A stretch of 64,000 nt of DNA from an uncultured Spirochaetota bacterium (GTDB taxonomy: Bacteria; Spirochaetota; Spirochaetia; SZUA-6; CAVTHK01), in the NCBI GenBank assembly GCA_963734495.1, contig CAVTHK010000001.1, forward strand, positions 736,001 through 800,000, read 5' to 3'. The position numbers and the translations under genes were made by a program. Positions 48,044 through 57,617 of this stretch are shown piece by piece; within the stretch, counting starts at the first letter, position 1; every line of letters begins with the position of its first letter. The notes beneath the pieces are model-generated. The model saw only the letters and a list, made by a program, of their open reading frames with translations. It ran no database searches and was not told the DNA's origin.

Positions 48044-50035
48044 TCAACCGCAGCAGCTCCCGCGGCCGGAGCGCCGCCCGCGCCCCCGCTCGGAGCGGCC
48101 GCCCGCGCCGCCCGCGGGCGGCGGCAGGAACTCGGCGAGCGGGAACGACGCCATGTAGTAGTCGTTCGATGCGTTCCAGAGCGTGAAGCCCGAAGCGCGC
48201 GCCGCGGCCGCCCCTTCGAGCTGCACCCGCAGGTAGCGGGTGTACTCCTCGGGGGTCATCTTGAGCTCGCCGTACAGGCGGAAGGCCTGCACGTACGGTC
48301 GAATGACGCTGCGGCCCGCCACCATCGAGCTCGACCGCGTCGTGCCTTCCTGGTAGATGCGCCTGGCCCGATCGATATAGGGCAGCGCGCGCAGGAAATC
48401 CGCGGGGAAGTGCGACGGATAATACATGGGGCAGATCGCGTCGGCGTAACGGCTGACCAGGTCGATGCTCTGGCCGTTCCAGTTGCCCATGTGGTACCAC
48501 GAGTTGAAGCCGTAGAGGTCCGTGCTGATCGGCACGCTGAGGGACTCCCGCGCCTTGGCGAGGAAGCTTTCGAGCGCGTCGGAGTGGATCTGTCCCGGCT
48601 TGCGGCTGCGATAGACGATGGTCGAGAGGTCGCCGTCGGTGGGGAAGCGGATGTAGTCGAACTGGATCTCGTCGACGCCGAGCTGCTCGGCTTCCTTCGC
48701 GACGGCGATGTTGTAGTCCCAGACGGCCTCGGAATACGGGTCGACCCAGAACTCCACCTGCTGCCAGGTGACGTTCTTGTTCTCGTCCTCGCGCTTGACG
48801 AGGTTGCGCCACGGCGCGTTGCGCTCGCGGTCCCAGACCGCGTAGGCGCCGTCGCGGTAGCCGTACATCGCGCGGTCCTTGAACACGAGAATCCGCGCGA
48901 TCACGTAGACGCCGGCCTGGTGGGCCCTGTCGATGACCTGCCTCGCGTCGAACCGCCTGCGCACGACCCCCAACGCCTTCGGCATCTCGAGGGCCGAGTC
49001 GTAGGCCAGGATCCCGTCGTCGTCCTTGAAGTCGATCACGACGCTGTTCAGGCCCTGCATCTTGACCCAGGCGAGCAGCTCGTCGAAGCGGGCTCTGCCG
49101 GCCGTGAACGACGAGACGTAGATCCCGGTGCGGTTCGCGGCGCGGGCGATCCTCGCCTCGCGGGCGGGGTCGCGCCGGGGCGCCTGCCGCGCCGCCGCCG
49201 CGAGCCGCTGCCACCCCGCTGCCCCGTACTGCCACACCGCGCTGTCGGTCACGACGTGCAGCTCGCCGCTCGCGTCGTACCGCAACACCCGGATGTTCTC
49301 CCCCGCGGCGGCGCCGGGGAACGCCAGGTCGGTGTAGGTTTCCCGGTTCGCGGAGGAGCGGTAGATCCCGTAGCCGAAGTCGAGCCCGATGGTGATGACG
49401 CCGGGCTGGGACGGGTCGTAGCTGATGCCGGCGACCTCCTCGAAGAAGTGGGCGCCCCTGTCGAGAAAGCGCGCCTTGGACGAGGGATCGGTCCAGGTGC
49501 GGCCCCGGTCGGTGGTCTCGTAGAAGCCGTCGAACGAGGTGCCGATCAGGAAGCCATCATGGTTCGACGGCGAGAGGGCGACCGCGGTCAGGTAGCTCAC
49601 CCAGCCCGGCGTCCCCGGCTTGCGCTCGCCTTCGGCGACCGTGGAGACGCGCGACCAGGTGCGGCCCGCGTCCTCCGAGACGTAGAGGTCGCCGGGCGTG
49701 GTGACGGCCACGCGGGCGGGATCGACGGGGTCGACCCCGACCGAGGTCAGCGGCCGCAGCGACTGCTCGGCGGCGAACGGAAAGATCACCTTGCGGGGCA
49801 GCCCGGCGTCGCGAAGCTCCCAGCTTGCCCCGCCGTCGGTGGAAACCGTGAACCCGCGTTCCTCCGAGATGCCGTAGATCGTGCCATCGGCTGCGACGAC
49901 GGCCTTTTCGGGCGCGAACACCGGGGGCGGCGCCGAATCGCGCTGGTCGCGGACCTCGGGGTTCGCCGTGCTCTGCGAGGCGACCGCGATGCTGATGCAG
50001 AAGGCTATGAGACCTGCGAGGCGGATGCTGAACAT
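48044..50035 (-). CDS. Secreted BNR/beta-propeller + DUF4015-type putative glycoside hydrolase
   Basis: S.D.G.TW Asp-boxes; NSVVIDFKDDDG, IARILVFKD, WVDPY, DEIQFDYIRFP, PMYYPSHF, RPYVQAF. Confidence 0.85.
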   Translation of the reverse strand: MFSIRLAGLIAFCISIAVASQSTANPEVRDQRDSAPPPVFAPEKAVVAADGTIYGISEERGFTVSTDGGASWELRDAGLPRKVIFPFAAEQSLRPLTSVGVDPVDPARVAVTTPGDLYVSEDAGRTWSRVSTVAEGERKPGTPGWVSYLTAVALSPSNHDGFLIGTSFDGFYETTDRGRTWTDPSSKARFLDRGAHFFEEVAGISYDPSQPGVITIGLDFGYGIYRSSANRETYTDLAFPGAAAGENIRVLRYDASGELHVVTDSAVWQYGAAGWQRLAAAARQAPRRDPAREARIARAANRTGIYVSSFTAGRARFDELLAWVKMQGLNSVVIDFKDDDGILAYDSALEMPKALGVVRRRFDARQVIDRAHQAGVYVIARILVFKDRAMYGYRDGAYAVWDRERNAPWRNLVKREDENKNVTWQQVEFWVDPYSEAVWDYNIAVAKEAEQLGVDEIQFDYIRFPTDGDLSTIVYRSRKPGQIHSDALESFLAKARESLSVPISTDLYGFNSWYHMGNWNGQSIDLVSRYADAICPMYYPSHFPADFLRALPYIDRARRIYQEGTTRSSSMVAGRSVIRPYVQAFRLYGELKMTPEEYTRYLRVQLEGAAAARASGFTLWNASNDYYMASFPLAEFLPPPAGGAGGRSERGRGRRSGRGSCCG

Positions 50036-50073
50036 GCTGCGGACTCCCGGGGGAGCGGGCGAGTGTGAGCGTC

Positions 50074-50103
50074 CTTATAGGTAGAAAACGAGCCGGGTGT
50101 CAA
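50074..50103 (-). promoter_or_regulatory. Sigma70-type promoter for the DUF4015 gene
   Basis: TTGACA-18 nt-TATAAG on the minus strand. Confidence 0.55.
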
Positions 50104-50170
50104 GGAAATTCACCCTGGGGCGCCGCGCGCTCCGCTCGGACGCGGCGCTCCTACTTCCGATGATCGGTAT

Positions 50171-50668
50171 ATGGACCTTGCACGATTTAAGGGTCTGGAC
50201 ATCGTGCTCGTCTGCGGCCTCCCCGCCTGCGGGAAGAGCACCTTTGCCAGGGAGAACTTCACCGATTCGGCCCACCGTCGGGTCAACCGCAAGGAGATCC
50301 GGAGGTTCCTCCACGAGATGACGCGCTACGGCGAACGCTGGAGCGAGAGCCATTTCGCGGAGCACGACGAAGGCCTGGTCCAGCACGTGGAGCGCAAGAT
50401 CCTCGAGCACCTGCTCCACGCGGGCGAAAAGGTGCTCGTCGACAACACGAGCGTCTCGATCGAGTCGCGCGCGAGCTACGTGCACCTCGCCCGCGAGACG
50501 CGCAAGCGCGCCGGTGCCATCTTTCTCAACCGGCCGGTCCTCACCTGCATCGAGCGCAACCGCAAGCGCGAGGACCCGGTGCCCGAAAACGTGATCTCCA
50601 ACCTCTTCGCCTCGATCCAGCTCCCCACCCGGGCCGAAGGCTTCGTCGAGACCCTCGTCGTCAACTGA
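50171..50668 (+). CDS. P-loop kinase (AAA_33/polynucleotide-kinase-like)
   Basis: GLPACGKST, VLVDNT, CIERNRKR, P...EGF. Confidence 0.82.
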   Translation: MDLARFKGLDIVLVCGLPACGKSTFARENFTDSAHRRVNRKEIRRFLHEMTRYGERWSESHFAEHDEGLVQHVERKILEHLLHAGEKVLVDNTSVSIESRASYVHLARETRKRAGAIFLNRPVLTCIERNRKREDPVPENVISNLFASIQLPTRAEGFVETLVVN

Positions 50669-50831
50669 CCCTGGCCGCGCGGTGCGCGTTCCGCGCTGCG
50701 CGTCTCCCTCGTCCCCGCGCCCTCCGGGCCGCACCCTGCCCCTCGCGCCCGGTTGACGCGGTGCGGCCTCAGGCCGCTAGATAAGGGTGCGGTTTCGCGA
50801 GCCTGCAAAGTCACCTGGTCGGGAGGCATGG

Positions 50832-51659
50832 ATGAAGCTCTCTGTCGCTGTCGCCGGCGCCGACGCCCCTCAGTCGGCCTTTGTCGTGTGGCGCGGGTTC
50901 GAGGAGTCGATCCGCAAGGCGGCCGACTTCGGCTACCACGGCATCGAGCTGGCGCTCAAGGAGGCGGGCGACGTCGAGCCGGCAAAGCTCGACCGCATGC
51001 TCGCCGCGCGCGGCCTCGAGGCGAGCTGCATCAGCACGGGACAGGTGTTCGCCGTTCTCGGGCTCTACTTCACGCACCCCGACCCTTCGGCGCGGGAGCG
51101 GGTGCTCCAGGTGTTCCGCGGGCTCGTCGACCTCGCCCAGGACCACGGCAGGCTCATCAACGTCGGGCGCGCGAGGGGCTTCTACCAGGATGGGCAGACG
51201 CCCGCGCAGACCGAGCAGCTCTTTATCGACATGGCGCGACGCATCTGCGACGTGGGCGCCCCCAAAGGGGTCACGCTGATGATCGAGCCGGTCAACCGCT
51301 ACGAGCTCAACTTCGTGAACTCCGTCGACGACGCCGCGAAGCTGCTGGCGAGGGTCGAGCGGAAGAACGTCGGCATCATGCCCGACGTCTTTCACATGAA
51401 CATCGAGGACGCGCACGTCGGCGACGCGCTGTACCGCAACTCGAAGTGGGTGAGCTACATCCACTTTGCCGACTCCAACCGCCTGGCGCCGGGGCAGGGC
51501 CACCTCGACTTCGACGACGTGCTCGGCGGCCTCAAGCGCGCAAAATGGGACGGCTGGGTGTCGATCGAGATCCTGCCCAAGCCCGACCCCGACACGGCGG
51601 CGCGCCAGGCGGCCGAGCACGTGCTGCCGCTGATCGCTCGGTACAACAAGGGCCGGTAG
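50832..51659 (+). CDS. Sugar phosphate isomerase/epimerase (IolO/D-tagatose 3-epimerase-like)
   Basis: EPVNRYE, DVFHMNIE, HFADSNRLAPGQGH, SIEILP. Confidence 0.88.
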   Translation: MKLSVAVAGADAPQSAFVVWRGFEESIRKAADFGYHGIELALKEAGDVEPAKLDRMLAARGLEASCISTGQVFAVLGLYFTHPDPSARERVLQVFRGLVDLAQDHGRLINVGRARGFYQDGQTPAQTEQLFIDMARRICDVGAPKGVTLMIEPVNRYELNFVNSVDDAAKLLARVERKNVGIMPDVFHMNIEDAHVGDALYRNSKWVSYIHFADSNRLAPGQGHLDFDDVLGGLKRAKWDGWVSIEILPKPDPDTAARQAAEHVLPLIARYNKGR

Positions 51660-51729
51660 CGGCCTGCGCGGCCCCGGCTGCCGTCAGGTGGCGGCCGGTG
51701 GCGGGAGGCTCCGGGATGGGACGGCCGCG

Positions 51730-52086
51730 ATGATCGCGCTCATGCTGCTGGCGTCCGCGGCTCTTCTGGCCGGCGCCTTCTTCCTGATCTACCACCTCGT
51801 GGTCAACGTGTTCGGGTCGCTGCTGGAGCGCAGGCAGCGGGACGCCGACTTCATCCTCTACACAGGCCGGGTTCCGCCCACGTGGCTCAAGAGACGGCCG
51901 CAGGCGCCGTTCGCGGTCGCGGTCGCCCGGCTGCGCGTCCGGCGGAAGCTCGCGCGCGTGATCGACTATTTCGCGCACACCCCGCTGGTCGCGAGCGAGC
52001 AGGAGCGTCAGTCGGTGCTCGGTCAGCTCCGCGACGTGAGGAGCCGCTGGAAGGCCGCTGCCTGGGAGGAGATGCTTCTGCCGTGA
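51730..52086 (+). CDS. Small membrane-anchored hypothetical protein
   Basis: N-terminal TM helix; high GC3 frame. Confidence 0.5.
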   Translation: MIALMLLASAALLAGAFFLIYHLVVNVFGSLLERRQRDADFILYTGRVPPTWLKRRPQAPFAVAVARLRVRRKLARVIDYFAHTPLVASEQERQSVLGQLRDVRSRWKAAAWEEMLLP

Positions 52087-52095
52087 TGCCCGCGC

Positions 52096-52761
52096 TCACG
52101 GCAGCTTCATCGCGAGCAGGACGCCGTCGCCGACCTGCAGCAGGCTCGACGCGACCCGCGGGTCGCGGCTCGCAAACGCGTTCAGCTCGCGGATCGCCTG
52201 CGTGTCCCTGTCGCGCGCCCGCGAATCCGCGACCTTCCCTTCCCAGAGCATGTTGTCGAAGATCGCGAGGCCTCCCGGCCGCAGGAGCTCGAGGCAGCGC
52301 TCGTAGTACCCGCGGTAACCGGTCTTGTCCGCGTCGACGAACGCGAAGTCGTAGCTCCCCTTCTCCCCGTCGCCGCTCATGCGCTCGAGCGTCTTGGCCG
52401 CCGGGCCGAGCCGCAGCTCGACCTTGCGCGCGACTCCCGCCTTTTCCCAGTAGCGCCGCGCGACCGACGTCCACTCCTCGCTCATGTCGCAGCAGACCAG
52501 CTTGCCGTCGGGCGGCAGCGCGAGCGCGACGGTCAGCGAGCTGTAGCCCGTGAAGGTTCCGATCTCCAGTGCCCGCCGCGCGTCCATCAGCCTCACGAGC
52601 AGCCCCATGAGCTGCCCCTGCTCCGGCGAGATCTGGCATTCGGCGTCGGGCAGGCGCGCGGTCTCTTCGCGCAGCTCCGCGAGCAGCGGGTGCTCTCGCA
52701 GCGAGACCTCGCAGAGATAGCTCCACAGGCGGTCGTCGATGGGCGTGGGTCGCGTGGACAT
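52096..52761 (-). CDS. Class I O-methyltransferase (caffeoyl-CoA OMT-like)
   Basis: QISPEQGQ, LEIGTFTGYS, FVDADK, DNMLWEG, GDG. Confidence 0.92.
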   Translation of the reverse strand: MSTRPTPIDDRLWSYLCEVSLREHPLLAELREETARLPDAECQISPEQGQLMGLLVRLMDARRALEIGTFTGYSSLTVALALPPDGKLVCCDMSEEWTSVARRYWEKAGVARKVELRLGPAAKTLERMSGDGEKGSYDFAFVDADKTGYRGYYERCLELLRPGGLAIFDNMLWEGKVADSRARDRDTQAIRELNAFASRDPRVASSLLQVGDGVLLAMKLP

Positions 52762-52806
52762 GGATCGGGCCTCCCGCTCAAAGATAAGGAGCGGGCCGGT
52801 GCCCGA

Positions 52807-53430
52807 CTACAGGATCGGACCTTTGAAAATGAAGAAGGCCGCCGCCGTCAATCCGGCCGTGGCAGCCGCCAGCGCGGCCCCGGCGGGCGACACGCGCCAG
52901 GGCGAGCCGCCGGCCGGCGCGGCCGCCGCTTCGGGCTCGTTCCGCTCGGAGGACGCGCTTTCGAGGATCGCGTCGATGTCTTCCCAGACGTGGGCGCGGC
53001 GGATGCGCCGCCGCTCCGCCGAGAGACGCTCGAAGTAGTAGAAGCTGCGGGCGAGGAAGACCCCGAAGCGGCCGGGGAGCGCGAGGTCGCGCGAGACCGT
53101 GAACAGCGAGATGAGCACCAGCCCCGTCACGGTGATTCCCTTGGACAGTCCGGTCACGAGCGCGCCCTCGGTGATCCGCAGGGGCCCGAACGCCGCGAGG
53201 ACCCGGCCCCAGGGCGAGAGCAGGTTGAACGCCGCGATCGAGAGCGTCAGAAAGGCGAAGTAGGCCCAGCTGATGCGCTTGCCCGCCGCGGTGCCGAGGA
53301 TGCCGAAGAGCACGAGCTCCGCGGCCTTGGGCACGAGTGCGCGCTGGGGGAGGAACAGCAGCAGCAGGAGCGTGCCCCACGCAAAGCGCGCGGTGGGGCC
53401 GAAGAGGCCCGCCAGCCGGTCAGGCCGCAA
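52807..53430 (-). CDS. Membrane protein, ECF T-component-like
   Basis: Several TMs, FNLLSPWGRVL...GPLRITEGAL..G; overlaps the Gx gene stop. Confidence 0.55.
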   Translation of the reverse strand: MRPDRLAGLFGPTARFAWGTLLLLLFLPQRALVPKAAELVLFGILGTAAGKRISWAYFAFLTLSIAAFNLLSPWGRVLAAFGPLRITEGALVTGLSKGITVTGLVLISLFTVSRDLALPGRFGVFLARSFYYFERLSAERRRIRRAHVWEDIDAILESASSERNEPEAAAAPAGGSPWRVSPAGAALAAATAGLTAAAFFIFKGPIL

Positions 53431-53941
53431 GGCGCGCGCACACACCCTGATACCACTGGGAGCGTTCGGCGAACACCGCGGCAAAGAGCCCCATCGCCAG
53501 GCCGCTGAGCGCGCCCAGTCCGAGGAAGAGCGGCGCGATGACGGTCGCATTGCGGCCGAAGATCAGCAGGATCGACAGCGTCACCTGGACTCCGTTGCTC
53601 GCGAGCGATCCGAGGAGGCTCACGCCGACCAGCGAGATCCGCCGGCCGCCCCACCGGCGGGCGAGCACCATGACGGCGGTGCTGGCCACCGAGCCGGCCA
53701 GCGAAAAGAGAAAGACGTAGGAGGCGAAGGTCCCGTTCAACAGGCCCTGGCCGAAGACCTTGACCGCGGTGATGAGGGCCACGGAGCGCACGGGCAGGAG
53801 GTCGAGAGCGAGCAGGATGGGCAGGTTGGCCAGCCCGAGCCGCAGGAACGGCACGGGCCGGGGGAAGAGGTACTCGATCGTCGCGAAGAACAGGCACAGG
53901 GCGCCGAAGAAGGCGGCCGTCTCCTGCTGCTCAGTACGCAA
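53420..53941 (-). CDS. Gx transporter family (heptaprenyl diphosphate synthase component I-like)
   Basis: IEYLFPRPVPFLRLGLAN, FLFSLAG, SLVGVSLLGS..SN..Q. Confidence 0.85.
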   Translation of the reverse strand: MRTEQQETAAFFGALCLFFATIEYLFPRPVPFLRLGLANLPILLALDLLPVRSVALITAVKVFGQGLLNGTFASYVFLFSLAGSVASTAVMVLARRWGGRRISLVGVSLLGSLASNGVQVTLSILLIFGRNATVIAPLFLGLGALSGLAMGLFAAVFAERSQWYQGVCARLAA

Positions 53942-54305
53942 CCTTGTCCACCTCTCCGCCTTCTCTTCCTTCGACTCTGACGAAGACCCGGTTGGGCAGG
54001 CAGGCGACCCACGTGCCGGGACGGCCGATGTGCCCCATCGAGATGCAGATCTTGTTCGTGCACGGCGAATCGCTGACCCAGGCGCTGCCGCCGTGGACCT
54101 GCACGTGCGTCGCCCCGAGCGGTCCCGGCACGTCGACCTCGACGTCGGCGTCGAGCGGATAGGCCCAGGACGCGCCCTGGCCTTCGATCACCACCACCGG
54201 TTCCCGGCCGCTGCCTGCCGCGGTGAGGACGAGCGCGAGCACGAAGACTGCGAGGGAGAGGGCGGCGGCGGCCCAGTCAAGGGGCCTGAGCCCTGCGAGA
54301 CGCAC
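53931..54305 (-). CDS. NusG domain II-containing protein
   Basis: N-terminal TM, GPLG.T, SPCTNKIC..MG.I, ACLPNRV. Confidence 0.88.
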   Translation of the reverse strand: MRLAGLRPLDWAAAALSLAVFVLALVLTAAGSGREPVVVIEGQGASWAYPLDADVEVDVPGPLGATHVQVHGGSAWVSDSPCTNKICISMGHIGRPGTWVACLPNRVFVRVEGREGGEVDKVAY

Positions 54306-54407
54306 GACGGCAATCTGTTCCGTCGCCGCCGGTGATGTCAAGCGCTGCCCCGGCGCCGTTTCCAATCATTATACTAGCAGCGAAACCGGAGCAGAGGAGG
54401 TTGAGCC

Positions 54408-54809
54408 ATGGCGGTGACTGCAGCCAAAGCGGTCCAGTTCGAGTTCACGTTTCCCGACCGGGCGGGCCTGCTCGCCGAGGTGAGCGCGGCGCTCTCGGCG
54501 GCCAAGGTCAACATCCTTTCGATCTGCGCGTACTCGATGCAGGGCACCGCGCAGTTCATGCTGACCGCCGACTCGCCGGCAAAGGCGCGCAAGGCGCTCG
54601 CCGGCATGGGGGCCGCCGCAAAGGAGACGCCGGTGCTCGCGGTCACCCTGTCCAACAAGCCCGGCGAGCTGGGCAAGGCGGCACGGAAGCTGGCGGACGC
54701 GGGCGTGAGCATCCAGGAGATGTACGGCTCGACGTCCAGCGGGACAAAGGCCTGCTGCATCTTCAAGCTGGCCGACCTGGCAAAGGCGGCCCGCCTGCTC
54801 GCGAAGTGA
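54408..54809 (+). CDS. Tandem ACT-domain protein
   Basis: DRAGLLAEV...L....VNI and NKPGELG.....L...GVSI; SD GAGGAGG. Confidence 0.85.
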   Translation: MAVTAAKAVQFEFTFPDRAGLLAEVSAALSAAKVNILSICAYSMQGTAQFMLTADSPAKARKALAGMGAAAKETPVLAVTLSNKPGELGKAARKLADAGVSIQEMYGSTSSGTKACCIFKLADLAKAARLLAK

Positions 54810-54834
54810 CGCCGCGGCTCCCGCGGGCGGCGGC

Positions 54835-55416
54835 GTGATCACCTGCGTGACCCTCTGCGTGCACCACCGCTATCGCGTGCGCCACGACGCCAGGGTCTGC
54901 TTCGAGCCCGCGGTCAACGCGATCGTCGGCCCCAACGGGACCGGCAAGAGCACGATCCTGCGCGCCCTGCGCCACTGCCCGCACTGCGCGATCGAGACCG
55001 ACCGCGAGACCCGCCGGGTGCTCGTGGATTCGCGCTCCGATCCCCAGTCGTCGCGGTTCCGGAGGCGCGGGTACGCCGACGTGGTGCTCGACACGAGGGG
55101 GATGTTCTCCTCGCACGGCGAGATCATCAGGGACGTGCTGTCCACCACCCCGTTCGACCGGGGCGACACTCTTCTGCTCGATGAGCCGGACTCGGGCCAG
55201 GATTTCGTGTGGATCGAGCGGATGGCGGACTGGCTTTCGGAGATCTCCCAACGGCTGGCCCTTCAGGTCATCATGGCGACCCACCACCCCGTGCTGTGGC
55301 GCGGCGCGCACTTGATCGAGCTCGTCCCGCAGTACGGCGAGCAGGTGCGCAGCCGCTTCCGCGACGCGCTGTCCGGGCCGCCCGGCCCGGGCGAGGGCAG
55401 CGGTCCCCGCGCCTAA
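54835..55416 (+). CDS. Small stand-alone ABC/AAA-type ATPase
   Basis: GPNGTGKS, SHGE, LLLDEPDSG, ATHHP. Confidence 0.75.
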   Translation: MITCVTLCVHHRYRVRHDARVCFEPAVNAIVGPNGTGKSTILRALRHCPHCAIETDRETRRVLVDSRSDPQSSRFRRRGYADVVLDTRGMFSSHGEIIRDVLSTTPFDRGDTLLLDEPDSGQDFVWIERMADWLSEISQRLALQVIMATHHPVLWRGAHLIELVPQYGEQVRSRFRDALSGPPGPGEGSGPRA

Positions 55417-56159
55417 CGAGAAGACAGCGTCGACGCCCCTGAGAGCTCGACGCGGCCCATCGAAGGCCTGCCGAGGTAGAAGACCCGGGAAGCGCCGCTC
55501 GCACTGACGTCGAGCATCCCGTCCGGCCGCACGATCGCCGTGCTTGCTCCGCTCAGGGCCGCGACCGTGTGCTTCGTCGCGAAGTCCGTGAAATCGACCT
55601 TGCTCGCACCCGAGGCCTCGATGCGGGCATCGGCGCCCGCGCCCCTCAGCGTCACACGGCTGGCGCCTGAGAGCCTCGCCTGCAGTTCCGCGGCGTCGAT
55701 GTCGCCCGTGACCGAGCTCGCGCCCGAAAGCTCGGCGCGAAAGGCGCCGCCGGAGCGGAACCCCGAGACGGTCGCCGCGACTGCGCCGCTCAGCTCGAGG
55801 GCCGCGAGCGCGGGCATCGTGACCGCGACGCGGGGGCGCCGGGTGCTGACATCGTACAGGCGGCCGGCCTGGAGACCGATGCGGAGCGTCGATCCGCTCT
55901 TGCGGGCCACCAGGCCCGGGACGAAGGCTTCGTCGATCTCCACCGTCACGCGGTAGCCGTCGCCGCGGCGGATCTCCGCCTGGAAGCCGTGACTGATCTC
56001 CAACTCATCGAAGCCCGAGATGTCGATCTCACGCGTAACGGTCTTCCCGCTCCCGAACACGCTCTCCCGCCAGCCGCTCGCCGCGGCCGGAGCCGGCGCG
56101 CAGAGCCAGGCGACCGCTGCCGCCGACAATGCTCCCGCGAGACGATACCCGCCTTTCAT
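55413..56159 (-). CDS. Head GIN domain (DUF2807) protein
   Basis: Signal peptide, GSGKTVT, repeated LSGAS/ASGAS beta-helix units. Confidence 0.88.
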   Translation of the reverse strand: MKGGYRLAGALSAAAVAWLCAPAPAAASGWRESVFGSGKTVTREIDISGFDELEISHGFQAEIRRGDGYRVTVEIDEAFVPGLVARKSGSTLRIGLQAGRLYDVSTRRPRVAVTMPALAALELSGAVAATVSGFRSGGAFRAELSGASSVTGDIDAAELQARLSGASRVTLRGAGADARIEASGASKVDFTDFATKHTVAALSGASTAIVRPDGMLDVSASGASRVFYLGRPSMGRVELSGASTLSSR

Positions 56160-56228
56160 GCCCCTCTCCTCTTCCATCGCATCACTGCAACACCGTCGGC
56201 TGGCAGGAGAGTCACCGTGGGGCTGGGA

Positions 56229-56465
56229 TCACGCCCCGGTCTGCGGCCCTTTCGACTGCGGCTTTCCGCCCTGGTACCGGTACTGCAGCTCCTCGCTCCT
56301 GCCGTGCTGGCTCAGGGCATTGCGCTTTTCCAGGTACCCGATCACCAGGGCGGTGATGGCGATGGCCGTGAACGCAAAGACGAGGATCCCGAAGATGATC
56401 ACCGCGGCCAGAGGGGGTCCGATCACGCGATGTTCCTCGCCCCAATTGTCGGGACGCAGGCCCAT
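56229..56465 (-). CDS. Small single-TM hypothetical protein (start uncertain)
   Basis: One strong hydrophobic helix; co-oriented with neighbours. Confidence 0.45.
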   Translation of the reverse strand: MGLRPDNWGEEHRVIGPPLAAVIIFGILVFAFTAIAITALVIGYLEKRNALSQHGRSEELQYRYQGGKPQSKGPQTGA

Positions 56466-56512
56466 AACTTTGAACCCCGCCGCCGCGGCCGCGGCGGCCG
56501 TCGCTTCCGCCC

Positions 56513-57610
56513 TCAGTCCGGCGGAAGGAGCCGGATCCGGCTCGGCTCGAAGCCGATGGCGACCGGGCTGCCTTCGGGGAACACGCGCTTGGAGGCGGGG
56601 TCGTCGATCTGGACGAGGACCTCCCCGTAGGGGGTGTCCACGAAGGCTTCGATGCTGCTGCCGAGGTAGACGTTCATCCGAAGCGTCCCATCGATCATGC
56701 CCGAGCCGCGCTCGACGAGCCTGAGCGACTCGGGCCGCGCCATGATCACCGCGGGCGACCCCGCCCTGATGCCCTCGGCCGCCCGCTCGACGCGGAGCGG
56801 CCTGGTGTTCAGCCTGCAGTCCCAGGCGCCGGCGCCGCCGCCCGCGACCTCCACGGGAAAGAAGGCCACCTTGCCGACGAAGCCCGCGACGAACCGGGAC
56901 ACGGGGTTTTCGTAGACTTCCGAAGGGGTGCCGATCTGCCTGATCTCGCCTTCCTTCATCACGATCACCCTGTCCGAGAGGCTCATGGCTTCGACGCGGT
57001 CGTGGGTGACGTAGATGGCAGTGATTCCCAGCGATTTCTGGATTCTCCTGATCTCGACCCGCATCTGCTCGCGCAGGAGCGCGTCGAGGTTCGAAAGCGG
57101 CTCGTCCAGGAGGAGCACGGACGGCTCGACGATGAGGCTGCGGGCGAGGGCCACGCGCTGCTGCTGCCCTCCGGAGAGCCTCCCGGGCGACCGGTCGGCC
57201 AGGTCGGAGAGCCCGACGAGCGCCAGGGTTTCCTTGACCCTGCGGTCGATTTCGTTCCTGGCGATCTTCCGCACCTTGAGGCCGTACGCCACGTTGTCGG
57301 CCACGTTCATGTGCGGAAACAGGCCGTAGCTTTGAAAAACCGTGGCCGTGTCGCGCTTGTTGGGCGGCAGCATGGTCACGTCCTCGCTTCCGATCAGAAT
57401 GCGCCCCTCGGTGGGCAGGTCGAAGCCGGCGACCATCCGCAGCGTCGTCGTCTTCCCGCAGCCGGAGGGGCCGAGCAGCGTGACAAGCTCGCCGGGGGAG
57501 ACGGAGAAATCCGAGTCCCGCACGGCCACCACGTCGGCCTTCCCTTTTGTGTTCTTGAAACGCTTGGTCACGCCCTCGACGCTGACCGATACGCTGCGAT
57601 CCGCCATCAC
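56513..57610 (-). CDS. Fe(III)/AfuC-type ABC ATP-binding protein
   Basis: GPSGCGKT, LSGGQQQR, LLLDEPLSNLD, YVTHD, TOBE-like tail. Confidence 0.92.
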   Translation of the reverse strand: MMADRSVSVSVEGVTKRFKNTKGKADVVAVRDSDFSVSPGELVTLLGPSGCGKTTTLRMVAGFDLPTEGRILIGSEDVTMLPPNKRDTATVFQSYGLFPHMNVADNVAYGLKVRKIARNEIDRRVKETLALVGLSDLADRSPGRLSGGQQQRVALARSLIVEPSVLLLDEPLSNLDALLREQMRVEIRRIQKSLGITAIYVTHDRVEAMSLSDRVIVMKEGEIRQIGTPSEVYENPVSRFVAGFVGKVAFFPVEVAGGGAGAWDCRLNTRPLRVERAAEGIRAGSPAVIMARPESLRLVERGSGMIDGTLRMNVYLGSSIEAFVDTPYGEVLVQIDDPASKRVFPEGSPVAIGFEPSRIRLLPPD

Positions 57611-57617
57611 TCGAACC

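Noticed and set aside
54835-55416. Small ABC-type ATPase as a possible anti-phage defence component
   Set aside because: No nuclease, TOPRIM or other effector gene adjacent; context is housekeeping
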